NCBI GenBank assembly: GCA_001552015.1
Contig: CP010514.1
Location: 270,001 to 302,000 of the forward strand
Reading direction: 5' to 3'
DNA from: Candidatus Nanopusillus acidilobi
GTDB lineage: Archaea; Nanobdellota; Nanobdellia; Nanobdellales; Nanobdellaceae
Length of the DNA: 32,000 nucleotides
Shown: one piece after another, positions 18,009 through 26,677 of the stretch
How the letters are laid out: every line of letters begins with the position of its first letter
How positions within the stretch are numbered: the stretch's first letter is position 1
Program-made: the position numbers and the translations under genes
Notes under the pieces: generated by a model
The model's database searches: none
Told to the model about the DNA's origin: nothing
The model's input: only the letters and a program-made list of their open reading frames with translations

Positions 18009-18981
18009 ATGAAAAAGCCTATGACTTTAGAAGATATTATTTTTTAGTAGATTAGAAAATATAAAAAGTATTAGAAAAATTAAAGATAAATTGAAAGAAT
18101 CTAAAGAATATCTAGATGATAAATTGAAAGAATATGGGCCAGTAATAGCAGGTTATGCATTATCATTATCTCCTTATACAAGAGCTTCACTTTCAGTAGG
18201 ATCATATTTAGAAGGAAGACTTGGTGGTCGTAGAGGTATAGCTGCAAAATATGCATCAATAGCAATTGGTGTTGCTGTTACTGCTGCTGCTATAGGTGCA
18301 TTATTTGGAATACATGCATTACCTTCACATAATGAACATATACAATATTTAGGATCTCAAAATGGTTATGAAGCATTTGTACCAAACGGTCAAACAGTAA
18401 ATTATAATGGACAGACAGATCCTACAGGTAATTTAATATTAAACAATGGAACTACAGTACATGACGTAATATGGAATGGCCAGTATGCAAGTACAATAAT
18501 TAATAATCATAATCAAATAGTTCAATTGAATAGTCAATTTGTTGGGCAGACTGATCCAATAAATCATCAACCATATGACCCCTTAAAGGATTTATATGTA
18601 ATTAAGGGCCAGGTGCCAGTTGAGCAGGCGACAATAAATGGACAGACATATTATGTAATAGAGGCAAATAAAATAAATCCAGCAGACATTGCAGGATTCT
18701 ATACATATGATAAATGGGTATCCAACTTCGTAGCAGCAATGAATACACCAGGAACATACGCAGCAGTAATACCAGGAAATTCTCCTGTATTCCAATGGAC
18801 AAACACAACAGGAACAGTAGCATACCAAACAATGCTATATGGACACTATGGACAATTTGCCGGAGGAGTTGTATTAATCTTACCAAATAAAACCATAATT
18901 CCATACGGTACCCCTGCTAGTCCTGCTGGTTCAGCTATTTCTTTTGATTCCCCATCTCAGGTATATTCTTCTTCTAGCTAA
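18009..18981 (+). CDS. Single-TM surface/secreted protein of unknown function; frame interrupted at T6 18040-18045
   Basis: Main ORF 18091-18981 (296 aa, TTG start) has one TM helix and a ~200 aa ectodomain ending 'PSQVYSSSS'. Its frame stays open back to 18031. Deleting one T at 18040-18045 links it to ATG 18009, giving 'MKKPMTLEDIIFSRLENIKSIRKIKDKLKESKEYL...'. Confidence 0.6.
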
Positions 18982-18995
18982 TTTTTTAGCAATTT

Positions 18996-21536
18996 TTAAG
19001 ATACGCTTATTATATAAGGTACTCCATAGGTTGCTATTATCCAATTTAGATACATAAATCCCGATCCCCCTCCAGAACCTGTTGAAATAAATAAATAAGG
19101 TATCCCAACATAATTGTTAAGGTTATCTACCAAATGTCTTACTCTAAATCTCTCTCCATTATTATATTCTTCAAAGGATCCAAATGTTCCAGGTACGAAG
19201 TTTCCATTTGTATCGTTAGGAGTAAAATAATAATAATTAATCAAAGTCCTTTGATAATTTACAGGTTGATTAAACGCCGTATTATATGCATTTATGTATG
19301 ATTGTACAAATATTGGTTCTCCCGTTATTGTACTTATATTTCCAGGAGGTGCTGGTGGTATTGCAAGTGCCTTATGACTACAACCCCATCCACAACTCCA
19401 ACTATATGGTTCTGAAGCAAGAGAATAATTGAAAATGTTTCCATTCATTAAGAAAAATATATTCATATTACTATTTTCATTATTATTTTCTGGCTGGAAC
19501 CAATTATACATCCAAAACACTCCATATTGAGAATAATGATTATTATTTTGCTGATCTGGAGGTATAAAGGCAAAATAATTTGATCCTCCATTTTGTCCGT
19601 ATATCTTTCCATTATTATCTTCTAAGAAATAATAATTGAGATTCCAACCAAAAGAAGAAGGATTCCAACTAAAATACCATCCAGATCCTGAATAATAATA
19701 ATCATAATATCCACTTGGATTTAGATTATTTGTATATTGAGTAGTTAAGAAATATCCTAATCCTAATGTATCACTATATTGCAATATTCCAACATAATAT
19801 CCTGAAGAATAGCCTGGACCTGGACCACCAAATGCCCATGCATATTCATACATAAATATTGGGAAATTAAGTGGTAAATATGTATCACCTCCAACATTTA
19901 TTCCTATATTTTGATTTCCTACAGGAGCACATCCTCTAAGACCATGTATACAGTTCGTTGTTGAATCTTTATAATTATAATCATTTACTGTATCAGCTTG
20001 GAATTGATTATTATAACTAACATATGATAATACTACAGCAGCTGAAACATATGGAGTTGTAACAGTACCCGGAGTATCTTCCCATGGTATTCCAGAAAAA
20101 TATGCAAATGTTTGTAATCCCAATCCATTTTGTGATTGAGATAATTGATTAAAAGTCTTTTGTAAAACATTTGATGTAATTAATGCATAAGATCCCTGAT
20201 TTGTCCCATTATCCATCATTAGTCCTTCGAAATATTCATTTGATATAATTTGTGGAATAATATTTGTTCCATTTACATAAATACTTATATTATTATACGT
20301 AGGTAATACATCACTAGATTGATTATTGATAAAACATGCTGTGTATCCATTATTACAGGATATTTCTTTTTCTTCTATATTTCCATTATATGGATAAAAG
20401 TTAACATATATTGGAAATACATTCAATCCATTATCATAAATAGTTGCATTAGAAGCATTATTTGGATCTAATGCATAAGGATCACCACCAATTGTTCCAT
20501 TTAAATATGATAATAGACTTTCATTACTAAATCCAACAAATATTGATATAATATTACAACCAAAATTACTATTATATAATGAAGGAATATTTAATAGATT
20601 AATAAAGAAATAATAATTTCCCTCACTATCTTGACCAGCATACCATGAAGGTAATGCATAATATTTACCATCATAATTAACTAAAAATACAACATTACTC
20701 CCAAAATATGGATATGCTTGAATATAATCACTTAAAGGAGGACCAATTGTAACTAATATATTTTGGAAATCTTCCATAGAATATCCTCCATTATTTGATA
20801 AAGGTATAGCTAAATATGTTCCATTAACTATTTCTATATTATTTACTGTATAATCATAATATTGAGTATTTGGATAAGAATTTCCTAATAAAGATATTGC
20901 TGGAGTTATATTTATATATTCAGGTTCACTTAAATAGTAATATTGTATACTTTGACTATTTCCTGACACTGGTTCACATAATATACAAAAATATGCAAAA
21001 CTACCTGCCTGATATTCTAAAACATTATTTCCAACAATTTTACATTCATATGTATTTTCATTATATGTATATATAACATCATTTCCTTCAAAAGTATTAT
21101 TTGATAGATTAATTATAGATTCTAATTCAACATCCAATGAATTTATATCAAATGATGTTGAATTAGTATTTGTTATATTTGGAGGATTTATTTGTAATAA
21201 ACTACCACTACTACTACTAGTATAAGTATTTGTAATATTATAAAATATACTCCAATTACTTAGATTTTCAATAAATGATGGAACATAATATATATCAAAT
21301 CCATTCTGATAATATATATTTACCATAATTGTTGAATTTATTGTATTCTGATTACTGTTTTGATTATTTTGATTGTTTTGATTCAGTATTGAAATATAAT
21401 ATTGTGATGGATTATTAATATGGTAGAATTTAAATATTGAAGTTAAAACAAATATAACTCCTGCAAGAACTATAATAAATATTGGAAGATAATATCCTAT
21501 AAACATCATAAGATCATCAAAAATTTTTCCCCTCAT
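18996..21536 (-). CDS. Large Asn/Tyr/Ser-rich membrane-anchored surface protein
   Basis: 846 aa, N-terminal TM 'LPIFIIVLAGVIFVLTSIF', low-complexity QNNQNN linker, large Asn/Tyr-rich ectodomain with many N-x-S/T sequons and paired cysteines. Confidence 0.75.
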   Translation of the reverse strand: MRGKIFDDLMMFIGYYLPIFIIVLAGVIFVLTSIFKFYHINNPSQYYISILNQNNQNNQNSNQNTINSTIMVNIYYQNGFDIYYVPSFIENLSNWSIFYNITNTYTSSSSGSLLQINPPNITNTNSTSFDINSLDVELESIINLSNNTFEGNDVIYTYNENTYECKIVGNNVLEYQAGSFAYFCILCEPVSGNSQSIQYYYLSEPEYINITPAISLLGNSYPNTQYYDYTVNNIEIVNGTYLAIPLSNNGGYSMEDFQNILVTIGPPLSDYIQAYPYFGSNVVFLVNYDGKYYALPSWYAGQDSEGNYYFFINLLNIPSLYNSNFGCNIISIFVGFSNESLLSYLNGTIGGDPYALDPNNASNATIYDNGLNVFPIYVNFYPYNGNIEEKEISCNNGYTACFINNQSSDVLPTYNNISIYVNGTNIIPQIISNEYFEGLMMDNGTNQGSYALITSNVLQKTFNQLSQSQNGLGLQTFAYFSGIPWEDTPGTVTTPYVSAAVVLSYVSYNNQFQADTVNDYNYKDSTTNCIHGLRGCAPVGNQNIGINVGGDTYLPLNFPIFMYEYAWAFGGPGPGYSSGYYVGILQYSDTLGLGYFLTTQYTNNLNPSGYYDYYYSGSGWYFSWNPSSFGWNLNYYFLEDNNGKIYGQNGGSNYFAFIPPDQQNNNHYSQYGVFWMYNWFQPENNNENSNMNIFFLMNGNIFNYSLASEPYSWSCGWGCSHKALAIPPAPPGNISTITGEPIFVQSYINAYNTAFNQPVNYQRTLINYYYFTPNDTNGNFVPGTFGSFEEYNNGERFRVRHLVDNLNNYVGIPYLFISTGSGGGSGFMYLNWIIATYGVPYIISVS

Positions 21537-21576
21537 TTTTATTTATAATACCTATTTAAATATAAATTTTATAGAT

Positions 21577-21586
21577 TTTATAAAAC
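21577..21586 (+). promoter_or_regulatory. TATA box TTTATAAAAC for 21606 gene
   Basis: Centre about 25 nt upstream of ATG 21606. Confidence 0.6.
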
Positions 21587-21605
21587 TTTATAACAAAGTT
21601 ATAAG

Positions 21606-21974
21606 ATGGAATTAAAAGAAATAATTGGTTGGATTGGAATGTTATTAGCAACTTTTTGGGCTGGAGTACATATGTTAGTAGCAGGAGCAGTAGCAGTAAA
21701 TGTATCTTTAATATTTGGAGCATTTGTAGGAATGTTTGTAGCATTATCTATAATATCTGGATTAGTATTCTTATTAAATTGGAAGAAATATTATTTGCCA
21801 AACATTATATTTTGGTTAATAATGCTATTAGCACTGTTTGTAGGATATGTTCAATATATTAGAGGAGGTAACATAAATGCTTTATTTACAAATGTATTGG
21901 CTGAGATAGCGTTGATAATAGATATAGTAGAAATATTATTGGCACTTACTATCTGGAAAATTGATAAGGAATGA
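21606..21974 (+). CDS. Small membrane protein, about 4 TM helices
   Basis: 122 aa hydrophobic protein; TATA-like TTTATAAAAC 20-29 nt upstream of ATG. Confidence 0.65.
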   Translation: MELKEIIGWIGMLLATFWAGVHMLVAGAVAVNVSLIFGAFVGMFVALSIISGLVFLLNWKKYYLPNIIFWLIMLLALFVGYVQYIRGGNINALFTNVLAEIALIIDIVEILLALTIWKIDKE

Positions 21975-22032
21975 TTTTTTAATACCTTTTATTCCGGAGT
22001 TTATATTTATTTTTCATATTCCTTTTATTTGA

Positions 22033-22041
22033 TTTATAAAA
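22033..22041 (+). promoter_or_regulatory. TATA box TTTATAAAA for 22064 gene
   Basis: Centre about 27 nt upstream of ATG 22064. Confidence 0.6.
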
Positions 22042-22063
22042 GTTAATTTACAACTATATTGTT

Positions 22064-22705
22064 ATGGTAGATAATGTTTCTACACAACAGGATGAAAAAA
22101 TAGATATAGACTTTAAAAGTATACCATTAAATCCATTAGGAAAGAATGATATAAAAAAATTAGAAACATTTCTAATTATAGGTACTCTATATAGACCAGA
22201 AATATTAGAATTAATAAAAGATCCTAATGAAAGATCTACATGGATTGATAGTTTGGCAATTGCAGCAGCAGCTTATGCAAGATATAAAGCAGGAATGCCA
22301 ATAAGTTTAATTGCAGATGAATTGGGTAGATCTGAAGAAACTATAAGAAATCATATTAGTGGAAAAACAAAGGCAGGTTCTCTTGTAATAGAAACATATG
22401 AAAAAATAAAATCTGGTCAATTAAATTTAATTCTATCATTTGGAGGTTCTAATAAAGAATTGGATGATCTAAAAAATCAGGTAAAAAATCTTAAGGAAGA
22501 AATAGAAAAATTAAAAGCTGAAAGAGATGAATTAAAAAATATTATAAATAATAAAGATGAAACAATTAAAAATTTACAAATAGAAATTGGTAAAATAAAA
22601 TCTGACTTAGATAAAATTAATAAAGAAAAAGAAGAAATAATTAATAAATATAAATCATTGCAAAATAAATTATTGGAAATTAAAAAAATATTAGAAAATA
22701 TATAA
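22064..22705 (+). CDS. HTH regulator with C-terminal coiled coil (TIGR03879-like probable regulatory domain)
   Basis: 213 aa, 'LYRPEILELIKDPNERSTWIDSLAIAAAAYARYKAGMPISLIADELGRSEETIRNHISGKTKAGSLV' then a long K/E/L coiled coil. Confidence 0.7.
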   Translation: MVDNVSTQQDEKIDIDFKSIPLNPLGKNDIKKLETFLIIGTLYRPEILELIKDPNERSTWIDSLAIAAAAYARYKAGMPISLIADELGRSEETIRNHISGKTKAGSLVIETYEKIKSGQLNLILSFGGSNKELDDLKNQVKNLKEEIEKLKAERDELKNIINNKDETIKNLQIEIGKIKSDLDKINKEKEEIINKYKSLQNKLLEIKKILENI

Positions 22706-22722
22706 TAAGTTCTTTTTAAAAA

Positions 22723-23154
22723 TTATACAACTAATAATATTAAAGCAATAAACATTAATATACTGGCAATAGCTTTTTGAATTGTTAAATCTTCATTTAA
22801 TATTATAATACTTAATAAAACAACAAATAAAAAGCTAGATCTATCTATTATACTAACATTACTAGCTTCTCCAATTTTTAATGCATAAAAGAAGGCTATC
22901 CAAGAAAGAGCACCAAATATAGCACTCAATATTACAAATATATAATCTTTGTTAGATAAATTAAATAAATTGTTTATATTTCCAATTTCTAAAATAAATA
23001 TAATAAATATAATAATTGCCATAATAATTGATCTTAAGGTTGTTACTGTAATAGAATTTATTTCTTGTAATCCAATTTTAGCAAATATAGTAGAAAAAGC
23101 TGCAAATATTGCTCCTAATAATGCATATATAAACCAGGTTGGTATTGAAACCAT
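22723..23154 (-). CDS. EamA/DMT-type transporter, single EamA repeat
   Basis: 143 aa, 'WFIYALLGAIFAAFSTIFAKIGLQEINSITVTTLRS...IGEASNVSIIDRSSFLFVVLLSIIILNEDLTIQKAIASILMFIALILLV'. Confidence 0.8.
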   Translation of the reverse strand: MVSIPTWFIYALLGAIFAAFSTIFAKIGLQEINSITVTTLRSIIMAIIIFIIFILEIGNINNLFNLSNKDYIFVILSAIFGALSWIAFFYALKIGEASNVSIIDRSSFLFVVLLSIIILNEDLTIQKAIASILMFIALILLVV

Positions 23155-23330
23155 ATTCTATTTAAATCTTTAGAAATTTAAAAATAAGTTCTAATTAAAA
23201 ATAGTTAATAAATGCTGAATGTACGCTTCTAATAATTTTATTAATAATAATTTTGCATTGTAGTTTTGTTATCTTATTGATAAAAATTAAGTAGTAAAGG
23301 TCAGATAAAACTTTTATATAGGGTCCTAGT

Positions 23331-23351
23331 ATTAGAAGTATAACTTCTAAT
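23331..23351. repeat. Perfect inverted repeat ATTAGAAGT-ata-ACTTCTAAT
   Basis: 9-nt arms, 3-nt spacer. Confidence 0.85.
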
Positions 23352-23362
23352 GATTTATAAAT

Positions 23363-23387
23363 ATATTAGAAGTATCAATTCTAATAT
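23363..23387. repeat. Perfect inverted repeat ATATTAGAA-gtatcaa-TTCTAATAT
   Basis: 9-nt arms, 7-nt spacer, same TTAGAA/TTCTAA core as the previous repeat. Confidence 0.85.
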
Positions 23388-23440
23388 CAATGATGGATTA
23401 CTATACTAGATTACACATTATTTAAAGAAAAACAAATAAA

Positions 23441-23742
23441 TTGAAGAAAAGAAAGAAATTTTTTATATTAGATCCATATTTGGCAAAATCTTTAAGTTTA
23501 TGGACTAATACAGAATATTTAAAAAGTGCATTGTATGAATGGATTGTGCAATCGCATTTAAAAAGGAGATTTGGAGAAGTATATTATTATAGAAATAGTT
23601 ATGAGATAGATGTTATTTCGGGTAATTTAAAAATAGAAATTAAATCTAAAAGAGCTCTAAAAATTATCCGAGAGATATAATAATTTTAGATGAAAGTAAT
23701 TTACCGATATTTTTAGCTATTATATATTCATTATTAATATGA
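23441..23742 (+). pseudogene. C-terminal remnant of archaeal AAA ATPase with DUF4143
   Basis: 'KKFFILDPYLAKSLSLW...SALYEWIVQSHLKRRFGEVYYYRNSYEIDVISGNLKIEIKSKRALKIIREI' is only the C-terminal part of the family. The AAA domain is missing. The natural C-terminus 'ILDESNLPIFLAIIYSLLI*' follows in another frame (stop 23740-23742). Confidence 0.75.
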
Positions 23743-23801
23743 TTAATTATGAACATATATTAAATTTGTTGGACGATTTTTAAATTTTGAAATAATAAAA
23801 A

Positions 23802-23810
23802 TTTATAAAC
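23802..23810 (+). promoter_or_regulatory. TATA box TTTATAAAC for 23832 gene
   Basis: Centre about 26 nt upstream of ATG 23832. Confidence 0.6.
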
Positions 23811-23831
23811 TTTTGCTACTATCATATAGTA

Positions 23832-24557
23832 ATGTCAGAAGACGGATATAATTTAGACAACATTATAAAAAGTAGTTTTGAGGAAGCTATAGAATATTTC
23901 AATAAGAATGGTATAAAAATTGAAGGATTAAGATTAAGAATAGTAAAATCACTATGGTCATTTTATGATATATTCATATTATTGTTTGTATATCAAGGAA
24001 ATCTAGGGATTTATTTTCCCAGTAAAAAAATTTTTATTATAAAAAAACAATTAGAAAAAACAGCAAATAAAATATTAGATGAGCTAAGTAATAATAATAT
24101 AAAAGATTCTTCTATTATTAGTATAAAATTATCGAAAAATAGTATAATATCATATCCATTTTATTTAGATATGAAAAATATAAAAAATAACATAATGAAG
24201 ACTGTTACAGATATTATAATAGATCATGAAATTGGACATGCCGTAATTCGTTCAATAGGTAGTAAGGGTGAATGGAAAGCTTCAGCATTTGAGTATCTAG
24301 TATATTTTTATAAAAATGAATTCTACAATTATTCCGAAGTATATAAAATTATAGAAGAAAATATAAAAGTATGTAAAACATACATAGAAGAAAACAAGAG
24401 ATTAAATATATATGAACTTGGAAGATGCTATGGAAATATTATTATACATAAAAACAAACAATTAACAAATATAAATATAAAGGATATAATAGAAGAAATT
24501 AAAAATTTGTCTGAAAAAGATATCATAAATACAATAAAAAATTATATAATAAAGTAA
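23832..24557 (+). CDS. Putative zinc metallopeptidase-like protein (HEIGH)
   Basis: 241 aa with 'TDIIIDHEIGHAVIRSIGSKGEWKASAFEYLVYF'. HExxH motif in helical context; no other recognised domain. Own TATA-like box at 23802-23810. Confidence 0.6.
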   Translation: MSEDGYNLDNIIKSSFEEAIEYFNKNGIKIEGLRLRIVKSLWSFYDIFILLFVYQGNLGIYFPSKKIFIIKKQLEKTANKILDELSNNNIKDSSIISIKLSKNSIISYPFYLDMKNIKNNIMKTVTDIIIDHEIGHAVIRSIGSKGEWKASAFEYLVYFYKNEFYNYSEVYKIIEENIKVCKTYIEENKRLNIYELGRCYGNIIIHKNKQLTNINIKDIIEEIKNLSEKDIINTIKNYIIK

Positions 24558-24618
24558 AATGTTTTATTGAAAATTTAACGATCTATAATATATATATTAT
24601 TTAGGTTATCTACTCAAA

Positions 24619-24644
24619 TGTCGGATAACTAACGTTATACGACA
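24619..24644. terminator. Hairpin TGTCGGATAAC-taac-GTTATACGACA followed by T5
   Basis: 11-nt arms with one mismatch, located between two convergent genes. Confidence 0.4.
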
Positions 24645-24700
24645 TTTTTGCATATTTATTTTGAAATTAATAAAAAATTATATAGATTAACCTAGCTAAT

Positions 24701-25396
24701 TTATGATAAAGAATATATTTGATCAATTACTTTGCTAACTTCTTCAAGATCTTTTATACTATCTATTGATTTCCAATAAATATCTTTATAAATAACACCC
24801 TTTATTTTTCTTTCTTTAGCGAGTTCTGGAAAAGTATGTACTTCAATATCACCTTTATCTGGTAAATAATTATATATTTCTTTATTAAAAACATAAATTC
24901 CCGCATTAATTAAATAATCTAATAATGGCTTTTCTTTAAATTCTGTTATATAATTTTCTTTATCAATTTGAATTATTCCATATGGACTTCTCATTTGTAC
25001 TAAAGCAATTGATGCAATAACATCTTTATTTATATTTTCTATTAAAGGTTTTAGTGAAAGATTTGTAATTATATCTCCATTTAATACAATAAATATATCT
25101 TCATCAATATATCTCATTGCTTTTTTAATAGCTCCTCCAGTTCCCAAAGGTTCTTCTTCAACACTATAATATATTTTTACTCCAAATTTAGAACCATCAC
25201 CTATAGTTTCAAATATCTTAGATTTTAAATATCCTACAGCTAAAACAATTTCTTTTATATTTTGTTTAATTAACCATTCTATTTGCCATTGTAAAATTGG
25301 TTTATCTTTTATTTCTATCAATGGTTTTGGTTTTTCTAAAGTTAATGGAATTAATCTTTTACCATATCCACCTGCAAGTATTATTGCTTTTACCAT
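24701..25396 (-). CDS. Sugar-1-phosphate nucleotidyltransferase (NTP_transferase)
   Basis: 231 aa, 'AIILAGGYGKRLIPLTLEKPKPLIEI', 'EEPLGTGGAIKKA', 'IVLNGDIITN'. Confidence 0.9.
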   Translation of the reverse strand: MVKAIILAGGYGKRLIPLTLEKPKPLIEIKDKPILQWQIEWLIKQNIKEIVLAVGYLKSKIFETIGDGSKFGVKIYYSVEEEPLGTGGAIKKAMRYIDEDIFIVLNGDIITNLSLKPLIENINKDVIASIALVQMRSPYGIIQIDKENYITEFKEKPLLDYLINAGIYVFNKEIYNYLPDKGDIEVHTFPELAKERKIKGVIYKDIYWKSIDSIKDLEEVSKVIDQIYSLS

Positions 25397-25585
25397 AAAT
25401 AAGTAATAGTTTATAATAACTTAAGTGTTTATCAGAGCTTTTGCATATAGTGACAACTTATTTAATAAAATGTTATATTTGTTAAGAGATTATTAAAAAT
25501 AATTTTTACATAAATTATTTAGAAAATTATTCAAAAATTATTTTAGAAATATATACATAGATTTAAATATCAAAATGTCTAAAAA

Positions 25586-25595
25586 TTTATAAAAC
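25586..25595 (+). promoter_or_regulatory. TATA box TTTATAAAAC for 25616 glycosyltransferase
   Basis: Centre about 26 nt upstream of ATG 25616. Confidence 0.6.
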
Positions 25596-25615
25596 TTTTT
25601 TATCTTCAATAGTTA

Positions 25616-26665
25616 ATGAAAATTGCTTTATATGGTATATCACATTTATCTGATAATAGAGGCTATGAAAAATGGATAATAAAAGTTGCATCTTATTTAT
25701 CTAAAAAGTATGATGTTAGAGTTATAACTACTAATGCTAATAAAAAATATGATTTAAATAATTTAAATTTTGAATATATAGTAATTGAGCATAAGAAAAG
25801 ATTTGGTTTATTGCATGATATAAGTGAAATAAAAAATTATCTAAAAGATACGGATATAACATATGCATTTTATGTTTGGTTTGGAACGCAAATTGATATA
25901 TTAAAATATTCAAAAAAAGTTATTTTCGGACATCATTCTCCTTTGGATAAACCTATTCAAAGAATTTATTATTCTTTATTAGAAAATATAATTGCCAGAA
26001 AAATAAAATATTCCTATCATCATTTTTTAACCGAATATAGAGCAAATATATATAGAAAAAGGGGTTTTAAGAAAATATTTATAATTCCGAATTTTGTTGA
26101 ATTAGATAAATATAAACCAAAGGAAAAAAGCTATGATAAATTTAAGATAATTTGTCCAGGTGTTATTAATATACTAAAAGGAATAGATATTTTAATAAAG
26201 GTTGCTGAAACTTTAAAGAAATATAATGATATAGAATTCTATATCGCCGGTAATAAGCCAATATATAATAATTTACCATCTAATGTTAAATATTTAGGAA
26301 TGTTAAATGAAGATGAATATGCTAATTTTATAGGTATAGCTAATTTAATGTTTTTACCTACAAGGATTGAAACATTTTCATTTTCTGTATTAGAAAATTT
26401 AGCAGTAGGAAATCCTGTAGTTGTATCAAATTTACCAGATGTAATTAGTGCATTTGGAGAATCTGAATCAATTTATTATGCAAAACTTAATAATGTAAAA
26501 AATTATATTAATGGAATATTAAAATATTATCAAATATGGAAAAATAATAAGGATAAATATGAAGAATTATCTAAAAAAGCCAGAGAAATTGCAAGTAAAT
26601 TTGATTCGAATATAATATTGCCAAAAATAGAAGAGATGTTTAAGAAAGTTTATGAATCTTCATAA
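25616..26665 (+). CDS. Glycosyltransferase family 4
   Basis: 349 aa, 'IICPGVINILKGIDILIKVAETL...EFYIAGNKP...VKYLGMLNEDEYANFIGIANLMFLPTRIETFSFSVLENLAVGNPVV'. Confidence 0.88.
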   Translation: MKIALYGISHLSDNRGYEKWIIKVASYLSKKYDVRVITTNANKKYDLNNLNFEYIVIEHKKRFGLLHDISEIKNYLKDTDITYAFYVWFGTQIDILKYSKKVIFGHHSPLDKPIQRIYYSLLENIIARKIKYSYHHFLTEYRANIYRKRGFKKIFIIPNFVELDKYKPKEKSYDKFKIICPGVINILKGIDILIKVAETLKKYNDIEFYIAGNKPIYNNLPSNVKYLGMLNEDEYANFIGIANLMFLPTRIETFSFSVLENLAVGNPVVVSNLPDVISAFGESESIYYAKLNNVKNYINGILKYYQIWKNNKDKYEELSKKAREIASKFDSNIILPKIEEMFKKVYESS

Positions 26666-26677
26666 TTATTTTTTATT

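Noticed and set aside
18592-18904. Two overlapping minus-strand ORFs (78 and 100 aa) inside the 18.1-19.0 kb gene
   Set aside because: Explained by the less biased composition of the sense gene; no family resemblance.
20870-21076. Plus-strand ORF opposite the 846 aa surface gene
   Set aside because: Shadow ORF, low complexity.
21556-21862. Small ORFs overlapping the 4-TM protein gene (21556-21744 minus, 21629-21862 plus)
   Set aside because: Alternative frames of a membrane-protein gene that has its own promoter.
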